Source of the DNA: a virus
Taxonomy: Duplodnaviria > Caudoviricetes
Strand: one strand, 5' to 3'
Length of the DNA: 64,000 bases
Virus record (IMG/VR): IMGVR_UViG_3300043171_000012
Location: 5,419 to 69,418 of that record
Of the stretch, positions 55,072 through 63,860 are shown piece by piece (position 1 is the first letter of the stretch; every line of letters starts with the position of its first letter). The position numbers were made by a program, and so were the translations under genes. The notes below the pieces were generated by a model. It was given only the letters and a program-made list of their open reading frames with translations, was not told where the DNA came from and did no database searches.

Positions 55072-58000
55072 TTAATATGTATTTCTTACTATGTTAACCC
55101 ATTCGTATGTTGAACTACCTGTTTGCATACACATGTCTGCGTAGCTTGCGTCTTCTGCTGTTACTTCTATTAATGATACATTGTCTATTACCCATTCGTT
55201 TGTGGAACTGTCATTTTGCGCCCAAAAAGAAATAACGCAAGTAGTATCAGTAGTTGTTGCTGTAAAAACTTCACTAACAACTTCAGAAGAGGTAAGTGCT
55301 TTTTGATAACCTACTGAAGAACCTACGGGTGATGTTTCAATTCCAACACGCATTGTTCCAGATGTTTTAACTGCACTATAACTTATTTTATATTTTTTAC
55401 CTGAAGTTATTGGTCCTATATCTTGGTAGAATGATTTATACTGCGCCACTCCACTTGTTTGCAAGCTAACTCCTGACGATGTCCACGTTGCTGAAGCCCA
55501 AGGATAAGAAGAGCTGTTTGTCCAATCAGTTAAATCAGTATCAAAACCACCATTAGTAACTAACTCTTCTCCATCAACCTCTACATATTCAGTACCTGTT
55601 CTATATCTCATTGTACCTACTTTAGTAGCTGAAGCTGTATCTGTGTCATTAGCTATTTGAATACCACCAGCAACTTGTAGTTTTGATTGAGGGCTAGTAG
55701 TCCCTATTCCTACATTACCTGCACCATCGATTACTAAATGGTCTGCTGAATTAACAGAACTGAGTATAAGACTTTGACCGCCACCAACTTCTCTTGCTTC
55801 AATTTCAGAAGTGTTAACGGAAGTTCCTAATTTAATTAGTGTGCCACCTGCTTTAGATAAGTGTAACTGTGAACTAGGAGCAGAAGTTCCGATCCCGACG
55901 TTGCCTCTATCTAATACAAGATTATTATTGTAAGTTGTGCCGTTATTTTTAACATTAAAATTATAAGTAACAACGCTACTAGTCGGTATATTTGTATCAA
56001 GTTCTAAAAAGTAATTTGATTCGCTAGGACTATATGACCATCTTTGAGGTGATGAATTGTCAGCAAAAGCCACATCTAGCGGAGCTGCAGGACTAGTAGT
56101 CCCGATGCCGACGTTACCGTTTGAATTAATACGCATTCTTTCTGTATCAACAGTAAAGAATTTCATATTACTACCTAATGAAACTGCTTTAATATCTAGG
56201 TCATCTCTGTCACTTGCGTTTAATTGTATTTTACCTCTTACAGTTCCAGCGTCTGTTAAATATAAGTTATCTTCTACTAAAACATCACCTGAAAAAGTTG
56301 AAGCTAAACCTCCTGATTGAGTAAAAGCGTCATCCACTGTAACTGCTCCGTTAAAATAAGCTGTTCCTTGGTTATAAAAATCGTAACTTCCGTGAGGGGC
56401 TGCTACTCCTACTCCTAGTTTTCCTAAAAAAGCTCCTGCTCCTGTAAAAGTTGCGTTACCAGTATCTAATGCTATTGATAATGGAGTAATACTAGATGTT
56501 GATAAAGTAAAATTAGTGCCTGATGCTGTTAATGATGGGTCTAAACCACCGCCAGCTAAGTTATCAAATATTAACTTTGGCGTTGATTTACTTATTGTTA
56601 AGTCCCCTGCGAAAGTTGAATTGTTTCCACTAACTGTTATAGGAGCGTTAGTTAAAGTATTTGACGTACCGGAGCCAGACCACATTGTTACTTTTTGCCC
56701 AGTACCAGATCCATCCAATACAGAAGAGTTGTCTACTTTTTCCCATTGATCGCTAGCACCTTGCTCTACAAATACTGCCCAGTCACCTACCTTCCAGTCT
56801 GTGATCCCGTCCAAGTTTGTTGTACCATCTACTGATACTATGTAGAAATGACCTGTAGTACCAGATCCACTTGTAAGTGTTGGTGTGTTTGTAGCTGCGT
56901 TCCACGTCCCTTGGAATACTAAACCTGCAGGTATTGTACCTATTAAGTTTTGCACAAAAGCTGTAGTGGCTACCGTGGTGTCGTTTGTAGCGTTTGCTTT
57001 TGTTACCGCCGTGGTGGCTGTATTTATTGTACCGTTTAAATCACCTAAGAAAGTTGTTGCGGTAGCAGCGCCTGTTACAGTAACACCTGTGTTTGTAGTT
57101 GATAATTTTAAATTACTATTGTAAAATAAAAAACTACCGCCACCATCAGTGAACTGAGCCATAGCATTACCATCCGTGTCTTGCAGGTATATAGCTGCAC
57201 CATTTGTTTGTAGATATAAAGAACCAGTTCCAACATCTTTTATGTAACTATGAGTACCGCTGTGATATATTTGAAGGTCAGACCCTGCTCCGAGTATTAG
57301 TTTCTTACTATCAGCTAAACTTACATTACCTGTAAAAGTTGCGTTTTGTGATGTATCTAAGGTTAAAGCAGTATTTACACCGTTTGTGTGAAATTCTAAT
57401 GCACTCCCAGATTCAGCTCTCATTATACCAGTTGTACCACTATATGATAATGTAACGAGAGCACTTGTATTCCCAAATTTTATAGATGCGGCTCCGTTTC
57501 CATAGAAATTAGAAGTTGAGGATGCTGTTACACCCCCTGTTACAGTAACACCTGTGCTTGTGGTTGCAAGTTTTTGTACATTCGCGTGGCGTAAACCTAC
57601 TTTTCCACCTTCAATAAATTGAACACCAACTTGACCATTGATGCCTGCAATTAAAACCTGTGTGCTACCTTGTAAATTTAATGTCCCTGTTCCTGTATCT
57701 TTTATATAACTATTACTTCCATCGTGGTATATTTGAAGGTCGTTTCCGTTACCAAATAAAGCTTTAGTATTATCAGTATGTTCTACGTTTGCTTGAGCAA
57801 CAGAAACACCACTTGTAATCCAGCCGCCAATTACAGTAACACCTGCACTTGTAGTTTCAAACTTTTTAGCACCACCATAATACAACTCAACTTGTGCACC
57901 ATCAATAGCTCTAATCATTAAAGCTGATTCAGCCGCGTTAGTTAAATCAAAATTTTGTGCAAGTATTTTTAAACTACCTACGCCTGCATCTTGAATATAA

Positions 58001-59631
58001 CTATTACTTCCATTATGATATATTCTTAAATCTTGTGAATTACCAAATTGTAGCGGCACGCTATCAATTAAATTTATTGGTTTACTTACTAAAGTTCTTA
58101 CATTAGTACCATCTAATTTAAAATATTCAACAATTCCACCAGATCCATCATCTGATCTAAATATAATATCTTTGTCATCTGCTTTCTGTGAAATATATAA
58201 ATGTCCCACATTGTTATTAATAATAGAATCTGCTGCATCATGAAATATTTCAAGGTCTGAACCTGTACCTAAGTTTAATTTAAAAGCATCAGGAAATACA
58301 ACTCCAGCAACTCCAGTCATTGTCCCACCAGCTAGTGGCAAGTAAGGACCGCCAATTATAGAACTACCGCTAGCATCAACCCATTGAGTTCCGTTTGAAC
58401 CGGTAGAAGTTAAAACATAGTTTGCAGCACCTTGAGAATTTAATCTATCTCTAAACGCTCCGGTAAGTCTCATATTACCAGAAATATGAAGTTTTTGCGA
58501 AGGCGCAGTAGTCCCGATGCCAACGTTGCCGCCAGATTGTATTGTCATTCTTACACCTGAGGCTCCGTGTTCTTTGATTTGTAAATCAGAATTTACTCCA
58601 GAAATAACAGGATTAAATGCCCAACCTCTGTTTGGATATGCAGCGTTTTTTATACCTAAAAATAAGGACTCATCTCCACTATTTGTAAAAACACTTAATT
58701 CCCCGTGAATATTTTGATTTCCTTGTGATGCAACCGTGTATTCGTTGACTTGTAATTTGCCAAGCGGACTAGTCGTCCCGATTCCAACATTTCCTGAAGA
58801 ATCAATACGCATTTTTTCAGATGAACTTGTAGCAAATCTTAAAGCTTGAGCTTCTCTAAGCCATAATCCTCCTGTTCCAGAGCTATCAAGAAAAACAGTC
58901 ATACCATCAGTACTAGTGGTGCCTTGACCACTAGATGTTAAATGTATATCTGTCTGCCCAGATGAATTTACATGAAGTAACCTTGCAGGACTAGTTGCCC
59001 CGATACCTACGTTGCCGCCGTTGAAGTATGAATTACCCGCTGAAGCAAACCTTATGGTCTCTGTTGCAGCGTCATTATGCATAGACATTCTTGAAGCATT
59101 ACCACTTGCTCCTACATAAAATTCAAATCTTTGCTCGTTGTTGTCTGCTTTAAATCTTACAAATTTACTTGTAGTAGTTGTTAATACTTCAAATTTGCTA
59201 CTAGGATTTGTTGTATTAACACCCACATCACCATCCGCATCTATATTTAAATAAGTTGTTCCGTTATTTAAAACTCTAAAGTTTCTGCCTCCGTAAGCAT
59301 TATTTGCATTTACATCTATATAAAAAGATCCTGTTGAATCTATTGTTGTTATTAACCCACTATTAAAATAAGCATCACCTTTAAATGTAGCTAATTTAGC
59401 TTCATCAACTCTAAATACTTCCGCGCTTCCAGCATACATTATGTTTTTACCAGTGGTAAAACTGTATATGTCTCCTGAAGTTTGTTGTAAATAGTGATCG
59501 CCAGTACCAAGCTTAAGTCTGGAAGAAAGTAATATGCTACCTGAAACCTCTAGTGATTCATTAGGGGTTGGTACTCCAATACCTACCTTAGCGGCGAAAT
59601 AAGCGTTATTTAAAAATGGTATATTTGCCAT
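55072..59631 (-). CDS. Long tail fibre protein
   Basis: About 9 GNVGIGT-type repeats, four DLxI[YF]H repeats, a carbohydrate-binding-like insert near the C-terminus. Confidence 0.82.
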   Translation of the reverse strand: MANIPFLNNAYFAAKVGIGVPTPNESLEVSGSILLSSRLKLGTGDHYLQQTSGDIYSFTTGKNIMYAGSAEVFRVDEAKLATFKGDAYFNSGLITTIDSTGSFYIDVNANNAYGGRNFRVLNNGTTYLNIDADGDVGVNTTNPSSKFEVLTTTTSKFVRFKADNNEQRFEFYVGASGNASRMSMHNDAATETIRFASAGNSYFNGGNVGIGATSPARLLHVNSSGQTDIHLTSSGQGTTSTDGMTVFLDSSGTGGLWLREAQALRFATSSSEKMRIDSSGNVGIGTTSPLGKLQVNEYTVASQGNQNIHGELSVFTNSGDESLFLGIKNAAYPNRGWAFNPVISGVNSDLQIKEHGASGVRMTIQSGGNVGIGTTAPSQKLHISGNMRLTGAFRDRLNSQGAANYVLTSTGSNGTQWVDASGSSIIGGPYLPLAGGTMTGVAGVVFPDAFKLNLGTGSDLEIFHDAADSIINNNVGHLYISQKADDKDIIFRSDDGSGGIVEYFKLDGTNVRTLVSKPINLIDSVPLQFGNSQDLRIYHNGSNSYIQDAGVGSLKILAQNFDLTNAAESALMIRAIDGAQVELYYGGAKKFETTSAGVTVIGGWITSGVSVAQANVEHTDNTKALFGNGNDLQIYHDGSNSYIKDTGTGTLNLQGSTQVLIAGINGQVGVQFIEGGKVGLRHANVQKLATTSTGVTVTGGVTASSTSNFYGNGAASIKFGNTSALVTLSYSGTTGIMRAESGSALEFHTNGVNTALTLDTSQNATFTGNVSLADSKKLILGAGSDLQIYHSGTHSYIKDVGTGSLYLQTNGAAIYLQDTDGNAMAQFTDGGGSFLFYNSNLKLSTTNTGVTVTGAATATTFLGDLNGTINTATTAVTKANATNDTTVATTAFVQNLIGTIPAGLVFQGTWNAATNTPTLTSGSGTTGHFYIVSVDGTTNLDGITDWKVGDWAVFVEQGASDQWEKVDNSSVLDGSGTGQKVTMWSGSGTSNTLTNAPITVSGNNSTFAGDLTISKSTPKLIFDNLAGGGLDPSLTASGTNFTLSTSSITPLSIALDTGNATFTGAGAFLGKLGVGVAAPHGSYDFYNQGTAYFNGAVTVDDAFTQSGGLASTFSGDVLVEDNLYLTDAGTVRGKIQLNASDRDDLDIKAVSLGSNMKFFTVDTERMRINSNGNVGIGTTSPAAPLDVAFADNSSPQRWSYSPSESNYFLELDTNIPTSSVVTYNFNVKNNGTTYNNNLVLDRGNVGIGTSAPSSQLHLSKAGGTLIKLGTSVNTSEIEAREVGGGQSLILSSVNSADHLVIDGAGNVGIGTTSPQSKLQVAGGIQIANDTDTASATKVGTMRYRTGTEYVEVDGEELVTNGGFDTDLTDWTNSSSYPWASATWTSSGVSLQTSGVAQYKSFYQDIGPITSGKKYKISYSAVKTSGTMRVGIETSPVGSSVGYQKALTSSEVVSEVFTATTTDTTCVISFWAQNDSSTNEWVIDNVSLIEVTAEDASYADMCMQTGSSTYEWVNIVRNTY

Positions 59632-59653
59632 CTAAAATTGTATTAAATTAATA

Positions 59654-61159
59654 TTAGACTATTGTTATAAGCGCAGTGTATGTGCCATTCGATACCACGG
59701 GTATAAATTTAAAGTCTAAGCTACCTGTTCCGTTTCCAGTTATATCTGGATATACTGTTTGTCTTCCTGATGTTGTAACCACCTCAGCCTTACAATTAGC
59801 AGCTAAAGCACCTGATCCAAACAAAGAAGTTACATCTACGGTAAATGTTGTTTCACCTCCAGAATCTGAACCACTGTTTAATAATACTGATGCAGCATAA
59901 GGATTTGCTTGAGGTTTTAATTGTACCCAACCATTTGACGATACTGTAAAGTTTGCACTGTCAAAACCAGATACACCTTTTTGTGTAGCACCATCAGTAC
60001 TACCAGCACCGGCAATATTATCATCAGCCTGTACAACTGTATAGTTTGATATAGCTGGAGATGAGTTTGCCGCAATAGCATTATTAGCAAATATAAAGTC
60101 ACCTGGTTCTAACGCTTCACCTAAGAAACTACCAGATACTGAGACTACGAAGTAATCACCTTGATCTAAAGCTATGTTACTTGACCCTTCTAAAGCTGGT
60201 GAGTTTGTAGCGGCGTTATAAGATCCTTTAAAAACACCAACACCTGCAACTAGTAATTCTACTTGACCTAAATTAACACCGTCTGTAGAAGCTGTACCAG
60301 TAGCAACATTGGTAAGCTTATTACTATTCATGTTAAGTGGACTAGCAAAACTATTCTCGTTTCCACTTGATGTTTGAGATATTTCACCACCAACATCTAA
60401 ATTACCCAATAAGGTTACATTACTGGTTAAACCAACTCTAAGTTCCGATGCACTTATTCTAGTCATTGTTGTTTGACCACTTGTTCCAGATATAGTTACA
60501 TCATCATTAGCTCCAGTACTAGGGTCTAATCTAATAGCTGAACCGGTTGGTGCAGTAAGTAAATCGTATGTAGTATCGTCGGAGGCAGGTATTGTTACTG
60601 TTTTAACATTTAATGCTGTAACGTGACCTGTTGTGTTTGTTGTAACTGAATCAATAGCGGTGAAAGTAGCACCATAAGCGGGTGCTGCTGTCGATGTTGT
60701 ATCTGTTCTAGAAGTTAAATCATGATTAACAATCGGTACAGGACCAGTTTGATTTGTTACATTTATATAAGTACCTCCTTGTACTTCTGTTATATCACCA
60801 AATGGTATAGTTGCCCATTTATTAGCTTTAGTTAAGAATCTATCAGCAGCGGTAGAAGTACCATCAACAGCGGTAAGATCTACCGTACCTACTGTTACGT
60901 TGCCAATAGCTGATGTATTATTTGTACCAAAAGCTACATAAGTACCGCTTGCGTTAGTGAAAGTTTCAACACCACTTGTAGCACCTACTTCTACCCAAGC
61001 GCCACCTGCGTATATCTTTAACGCATCTACTGTTGTGTCAAAATATACTTGACCTTCTACACCTGTTCCAGCCGCAGTATCGTTTGGTTGGTTTTCTATT
61101 CTAGGTTTTTCTAGAGTGTTTTGGTTAAAATCAACCGTGTTTAAAAAATTTATTGCCAT
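59654..61159 (-). CDS. Tail fibre/structural protein
   Basis: Thr/Gly-rich beta structure; FKGSYNAATNSP module shared with the long fibre (FQGTWNAATNTP). Confidence 0.65.
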   Translation of the reverse strand: MAINFLNTVDFNQNTLEKPRIENQPNDTAAGTGVEGQVYFDTTVDALKIYAGGAWVEVGATSGVETFTNASGTYVAFGTNNTSAIGNVTVGTVDLTAVDGTSTAADRFLTKANKWATIPFGDITEVQGGTYINVTNQTGPVPIVNHDLTSRTDTTSTAAPAYGATFTAIDSVTTNTTGHVTALNVKTVTIPASDDTTYDLLTAPTGSAIRLDPSTGANDDVTISGTSGQTTMTRISASELRVGLTSNVTLLGNLDVGGEISQTSSGNENSFASPLNMNSNKLTNVATGTASTDGVNLGQVELLVAGVGVFKGSYNAATNSPALEGSSNIALDQGDYFVVSVSGSFLGEALEPGDFIFANNAIAANSSPAISNYTVVQADDNIAGAGSTDGATQKGVSGFDSANFTVSSNGWVQLKPQANPYAASVLLNSGSDSGGETTFTVDVTSLFGSGALAANCKAEVVTTSGRQTVYPDITGNGTGSLDFKFIPVVSNGTYTALITIV

Positions 61160-61164
61160 GTTTG

Positions 61165-61845
61165 TTAGTTTAGATACGCTTTACCTGAGAATCCAGCGGA
61201 AAAGTTTAGTTGTATATTGTTATTGTCTATGTATTTTACTTCGCCGTTTATTACAACGTTGTTATTATTTATTACTGAAACTGAAGGGAATTTCCCTAAG
61301 TTATGCTGCACGTTCCATTGTGTCGATGCTACAGCTTGATTAAATATAAATGTTGGCGTACCTTGTGAAGATAGCGTGAAAACAGAGAAGTCATAAAAAA
61401 CATCATCTACTATAGAACCTTCCCCTTTTCTATTAGTTAGGTTTAATGTATAAAAAGCACCATTGTCTGTATAGCTATCAATAGTATAATGACCAAATGT
61501 ACTTATTTCGTTCTGTGCGTTTATAAGTATATCGTTACCCACTAAGTAATCCATGAATGCTACTACATTCTGACCAGACTTATCTGTGACTGATAGTTGC
61601 ATAGTAGTTATACTAGCAAATGTAGAGTTGTCTGCTGGACCTGTAAAATCACCTGGTCCTGCGTTACCTGTTTTAAATTGAAAAACCATCTGGGCAGATA
61701 TAGATATCTTACCCTTTATATTGAGGTATTTAGCTAATCCAGCAGCTGTAAACTGTCTTGTTAGCCTGTTACTAGCTTCTGTTCCTATCCAAGCATCAGT
61801 GTCTTGAATGGTTAAATCTATGGGATACGAACTTATTCTAGCCAT
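61165..61845 (-). CDS. Structural protein (fibre-associated)
   Basis: MARISSYP N-terminus; WNVQHNLGKFPSVSV...FSGKAYLN C-terminal domain. Confidence 0.55.
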   Translation of the reverse strand: MARISSYPIDLTIQDTDAWIGTEASNRLTRQFTAAGLAKYLNIKGKISISAQMVFQFKTGNAGPGDFTGPADNSTFASITTMQLSVTDKSGQNVVAFMDYLVGNDILINAQNEISTFGHYTIDSYTDNGAFYTLNLTNRKGEGSIVDDVFYDFSVFTLSSQGTPTFIFNQAVASTQWNVQHNLGKFPSVSVINNNNVVINGEVKYIDNNNIQLNFSAGFSGKAYLN

Positions 61846-61856
61846 GTGTTAGTTTA

Positions 61857-62330
61857 TTATGCGTATATTCTTATTTCTACTGTAGTTGTGCTTTCTATTA
61901 CATCTACTGCATTTCCGTTTTGTGAATTTATGTTGTAGAACTCTATAGCCGTAGTTGTTATATTTCTTGGTCTTAACATATGATGACCATCACCACCTGA
62001 TGTTACTAACGCTGTTGTTTTATTTGTAGTTAATGTTGCACCTGATATAGTTGCTGCATATCTACCACTAGCACTTCTAGTCCATGCTATTGTTCCACCA
62101 GTAGTATTCTGAAGTATTGTTGCAACTGGTGCTGCTGTACCTGCTTGAGTTATCAATGCTGTGTATACTGTATACCCTAAACTATATGAGTTAGCGAAAG
62201 AAGCAACGTCTGACACAGAGAAGTTCTGAGTTATAGGCAAATCGTTTGTATTCGCCGGTGGCGTACTTGTACCTAGTAGTAGATCATCTGCCTTTGGCGT
62301 ACCTTTAGGATAACTTTGTAGTATTGACAT
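61857..62330 (-). CDS. Structural protein, first gene of the late block
   Basis: N-terminus similar to the previous gene (SYP...D.LLGT); YTVYTALITQAGTAAP...VEIRIY. Confidence 0.55.
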   Translation of the reverse strand: MSILQSYPKGTPKADDLLLGTSTPPANTNDLPITQNFSVSDVASFANSYSLGYTVYTALITQAGTAAPVATILQNTTGGTIAWTRSASGRYAATISGATLTTNKTTALVTSGGDGHHMLRPRNITTTAIEFYNINSQNGNAVDVIESTTTVEIRIYA

Positions 62331-62354
62331 ATTTTTGAGTATTATTTATAGTTA

Positions 62355-62383
62355 TATACTTACAGATTTTAAAGTGTTTTTAC
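62355..62383 (-). promoter_or_regulatory. Putative late promoter (GTAAA-N15-GTAAGTATA)
   Basis: About 25 nt upstream of the first late gene; matches the copy at 2875-2903, including upstream TAT. Confidence 0.62.
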
Positions 62384-62389
62384 ATATAG

Positions 62390-62435
62390 TGTGACAACAG
62401 CCTGTTACTTAAGTATATTATAAGGCTAGTGTCAC
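62390..62435. promoter_or_regulatory. Inverted-repeat operator, copy 2 (TGTGACAACAGCCT-N19-AGGCTAGTGTCAC)
   Basis: Twin of 1470-1514; abuts the late promoter. Confidence 0.7.
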
Positions 62436-62596
62436 AGTAGTTATAAATATAGGGGTATAGTGCTGCCCACTCTTTTTCCACTACTTTTCTTCTAGCAAAA
62501 ATGGTTTTCATTTCACCGGGTTCCCCTTGTTTTATACGTTTTAGCCTATACGTTTCGCGTTTGCTTCACCTTCATATAAAAGCTTTATCTTTTTTT

Positions 62597-62630
62597 TACA
62601 GAACTACTACGGAATCTATTAGATAATATA
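62597..62630 (+). promoter_or_regulatory. Putative early promoter 1 (TACA-N7-TACG-N9-AGATAATATA)
   Basis: Three exact boxes with identical spacing in three copies. Confidence 0.68.
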
Positions 62631-62651
62631 CATGTAAGTTCATTAACATCT

Positions 62652-62805
62652 TGTCACTCAATCAATATCACTCAGATATTCTAGTATTAGTATCATATGA
62701 CAACTTGTCACTAAGTAATATGACAGATAGTCATGACAGTGTGACATAACTATAATTAATATTAGTATGACACTATGACACTTAGTGGTATGACAGTGTG
62801 ACATA
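62652..62805. repeat. TGACA/TGTCA iteron-like array (candidate origin or operator array)
   Basis: 10 pentamers in about 150 bp; ATGACAGTGTGACATA occurs at 62733 and 62790. Confidence 0.75.
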
Positions 62806-62834
62806 TTTAACAAGTAAACAAACTTACACATTTA

Positions 62835-62868
62835 TACAAACAAAATACGTAACAAACTAGATAATATA
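62835..62868 (+). promoter_or_regulatory. Putative early promoter 2
   Basis: TACA-AACAAAA-TACG-TAACAAACT-AGATAATATA. Confidence 0.68.
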
Positions 62869-62922
62869 AATGTAACTAATAAATAATAAATAATAAATAA
62901 TAATAACTTTAAATTCTTAACT

Positions 62923-63150
62923 ATGCAAACTTTAAATTCAAAACGCTTCGTAATTCGCAAATCTTTAATCGGCAAAAATCAAACTATTAATGTAACTTTT
63001 AAAAATGGCAAAACATTCACTTACAATCACGATAAAGCGTATGAAATAATGAAAAATAAATTATCAACTATGAACTGCTTCGAAAAGTATAAATCATACA
63101 CTTCTTCAACTAGCGTTCCAGTTATACTTCGCGATAAAGAAGTAGTATAA
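62923..63150 (+). CDS. Early hypothetical protein (75 aa)
   Basis: A-rich leader ending ACTATG; first ORF after the early promoters. Confidence 0.7.
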   Translation: MQTLNSKRFVIRKSLIGKNQTINVTFKNGKTFTYNHDKAYEIMKNKLSTMNCFEKYKSYTSSTSVPVILRDKEVV

Positions 63151-63244
63151 CTACTAACAACTTTGAGTTCCACTTGTTTCTATAAGTATAAAAATGCGAA
63201 CAAGTATGCGGAGTCGCACTCCTCGGTCATAGGTCTGAGTGCAA

Positions 63245-63290
63245 TGTCACTATGGTATATAAGTGTGTTCGATTCACACTGTGACAACTA
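63245..63290 (+). ncRNA. tRNA-like minihelix element 1
   Basis: TGTCACT / 11-nt linker / GTGTG-TTCGATT-CACAC / TGTGACA-A-CTA. Confidence 0.6.
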
Positions 63291-63307
63291 ATATTAAATA
63301 ATAAACT

Positions 63308-63517
63308 ATGTCTAAACTAAAATTCAGAGGATTTATTCCTGCAGTAACTAAATATGTAAAATCTAAATCACTAGTAGAAGTAGTGGCAGAACTAGCGATC
63401 TTCGGTTTCTTATTACCGTTAGCGGTAAGTGGTATCTCATTCATAATATTTATGATGGTAACAGGTCAATTCGACTACTCTCACTTAGATAGTATTAACT
63501 GTGAAATCTGTTACTAA
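63308..63517 (+). CDS. Early small membrane protein
   Basis: Long hydrophobic segment; ACTATG start context. Confidence 0.62.
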   Translation: MSKLKFRGFIPAVTKYVKSKSLVEVVAELAIFGFLLPLAVSGISFIIFMMVTGQFDYSHLDSINCEICY

Positions 63518-63654
63518 TGAGATATTACTCTAAAATACAAGAGAGATTTATAGATCGTGAAGAATACTTTGACGAGCTACTATTTGGTACACTCACAGAC
63601 GAGAACTATGAAAAGCCAATACAAAATAAATACGAAAACAAACAGATAATATAA
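63517..63654 (+). CDS. Early hypothetical protein (45 aa, MRYYSKIQERF...)
   Basis: Translated by hand; TAATG coupling to the upstream gene. Confidence 0.5.
   Translation: MRYYSKIQERFIDREEYFDELLFGTLTDENYEKPIQNKYENKQII
63620..63653 (+). promoter_or_regulatory. Putative early promoter 3
   Basis: TACA-AAATAAA-TACG-AAAACAAAC-AGATAATATA. Confidence 0.68.
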
Positions 63655-63683
63655 TAAAATACTAACTAATAAAATAATAAACT

Positions 63684-63803
63684 ATGTGCAATTACTCTTA
63701 TACACTACTAAAAATATCTTGGCGATTATACGACAAGCATTATACTAAACTAACTGATGAACAAAAATCTAAAGTTATAGATATCTACTACGATTTCTAC
63801 TAA
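63684..63803 (+). CDS. Early hypothetical protein (39 aa, MCNYSYTLLKISW...)
   Basis: Translated by hand; AATAATAAACTATG leader identical to that of 63308. Confidence 0.6.
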   Translation: MCNYSYTLLKISWRLYDKHYTKLTDEQKSKVIDIYYDFY

Positions 63804-63804
63804 A

Positions 63805-63848
63805 AGACATAATGGTTAATGTGAGTTCGATTCTCACTATGTCTACTA
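63805..63848 (+). ncRNA. tRNA-like minihelix element 2
   Basis: AGACATA / ATGGTTAAT / GTGAG-TTCGATT-CTCAC / TATGTCT-A-CTA. Confidence 0.65.
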
Positions 63849-63860
63849 AATAATAATACT

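Noticed and set aside
51688-59631. Diversity-generating retroelement or invertase shufflon acting on tail fibres
   Set aside because: No reverse transcriptase or site-specific recombinase in the window, no adenine-specific TR/VR pair noticed, and all repeats are in direct orientation.
14357-61343. The many 60-145 aa plus-strand ORFs antisense to late genes (e.g. 15856, 18973, 20668, 48761, 54329)
   Set aside because: They are shadows of long minus-strand genes, with Ser/Leu/Phe-rich composition, mostly non-ATG starts and no leaders.
62652-62805. CRISPR array
   Set aside because: Repeats are only 5-16 bp, irregularly spaced and in both orientations; no unique spacers or cas genes.
63245-63848. 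Canonical tRNA genes
   Set aside because: A T-arm and acceptor-like stem are present but there is no room for D and anticodon arms; reported as tRNA-like elements instead.
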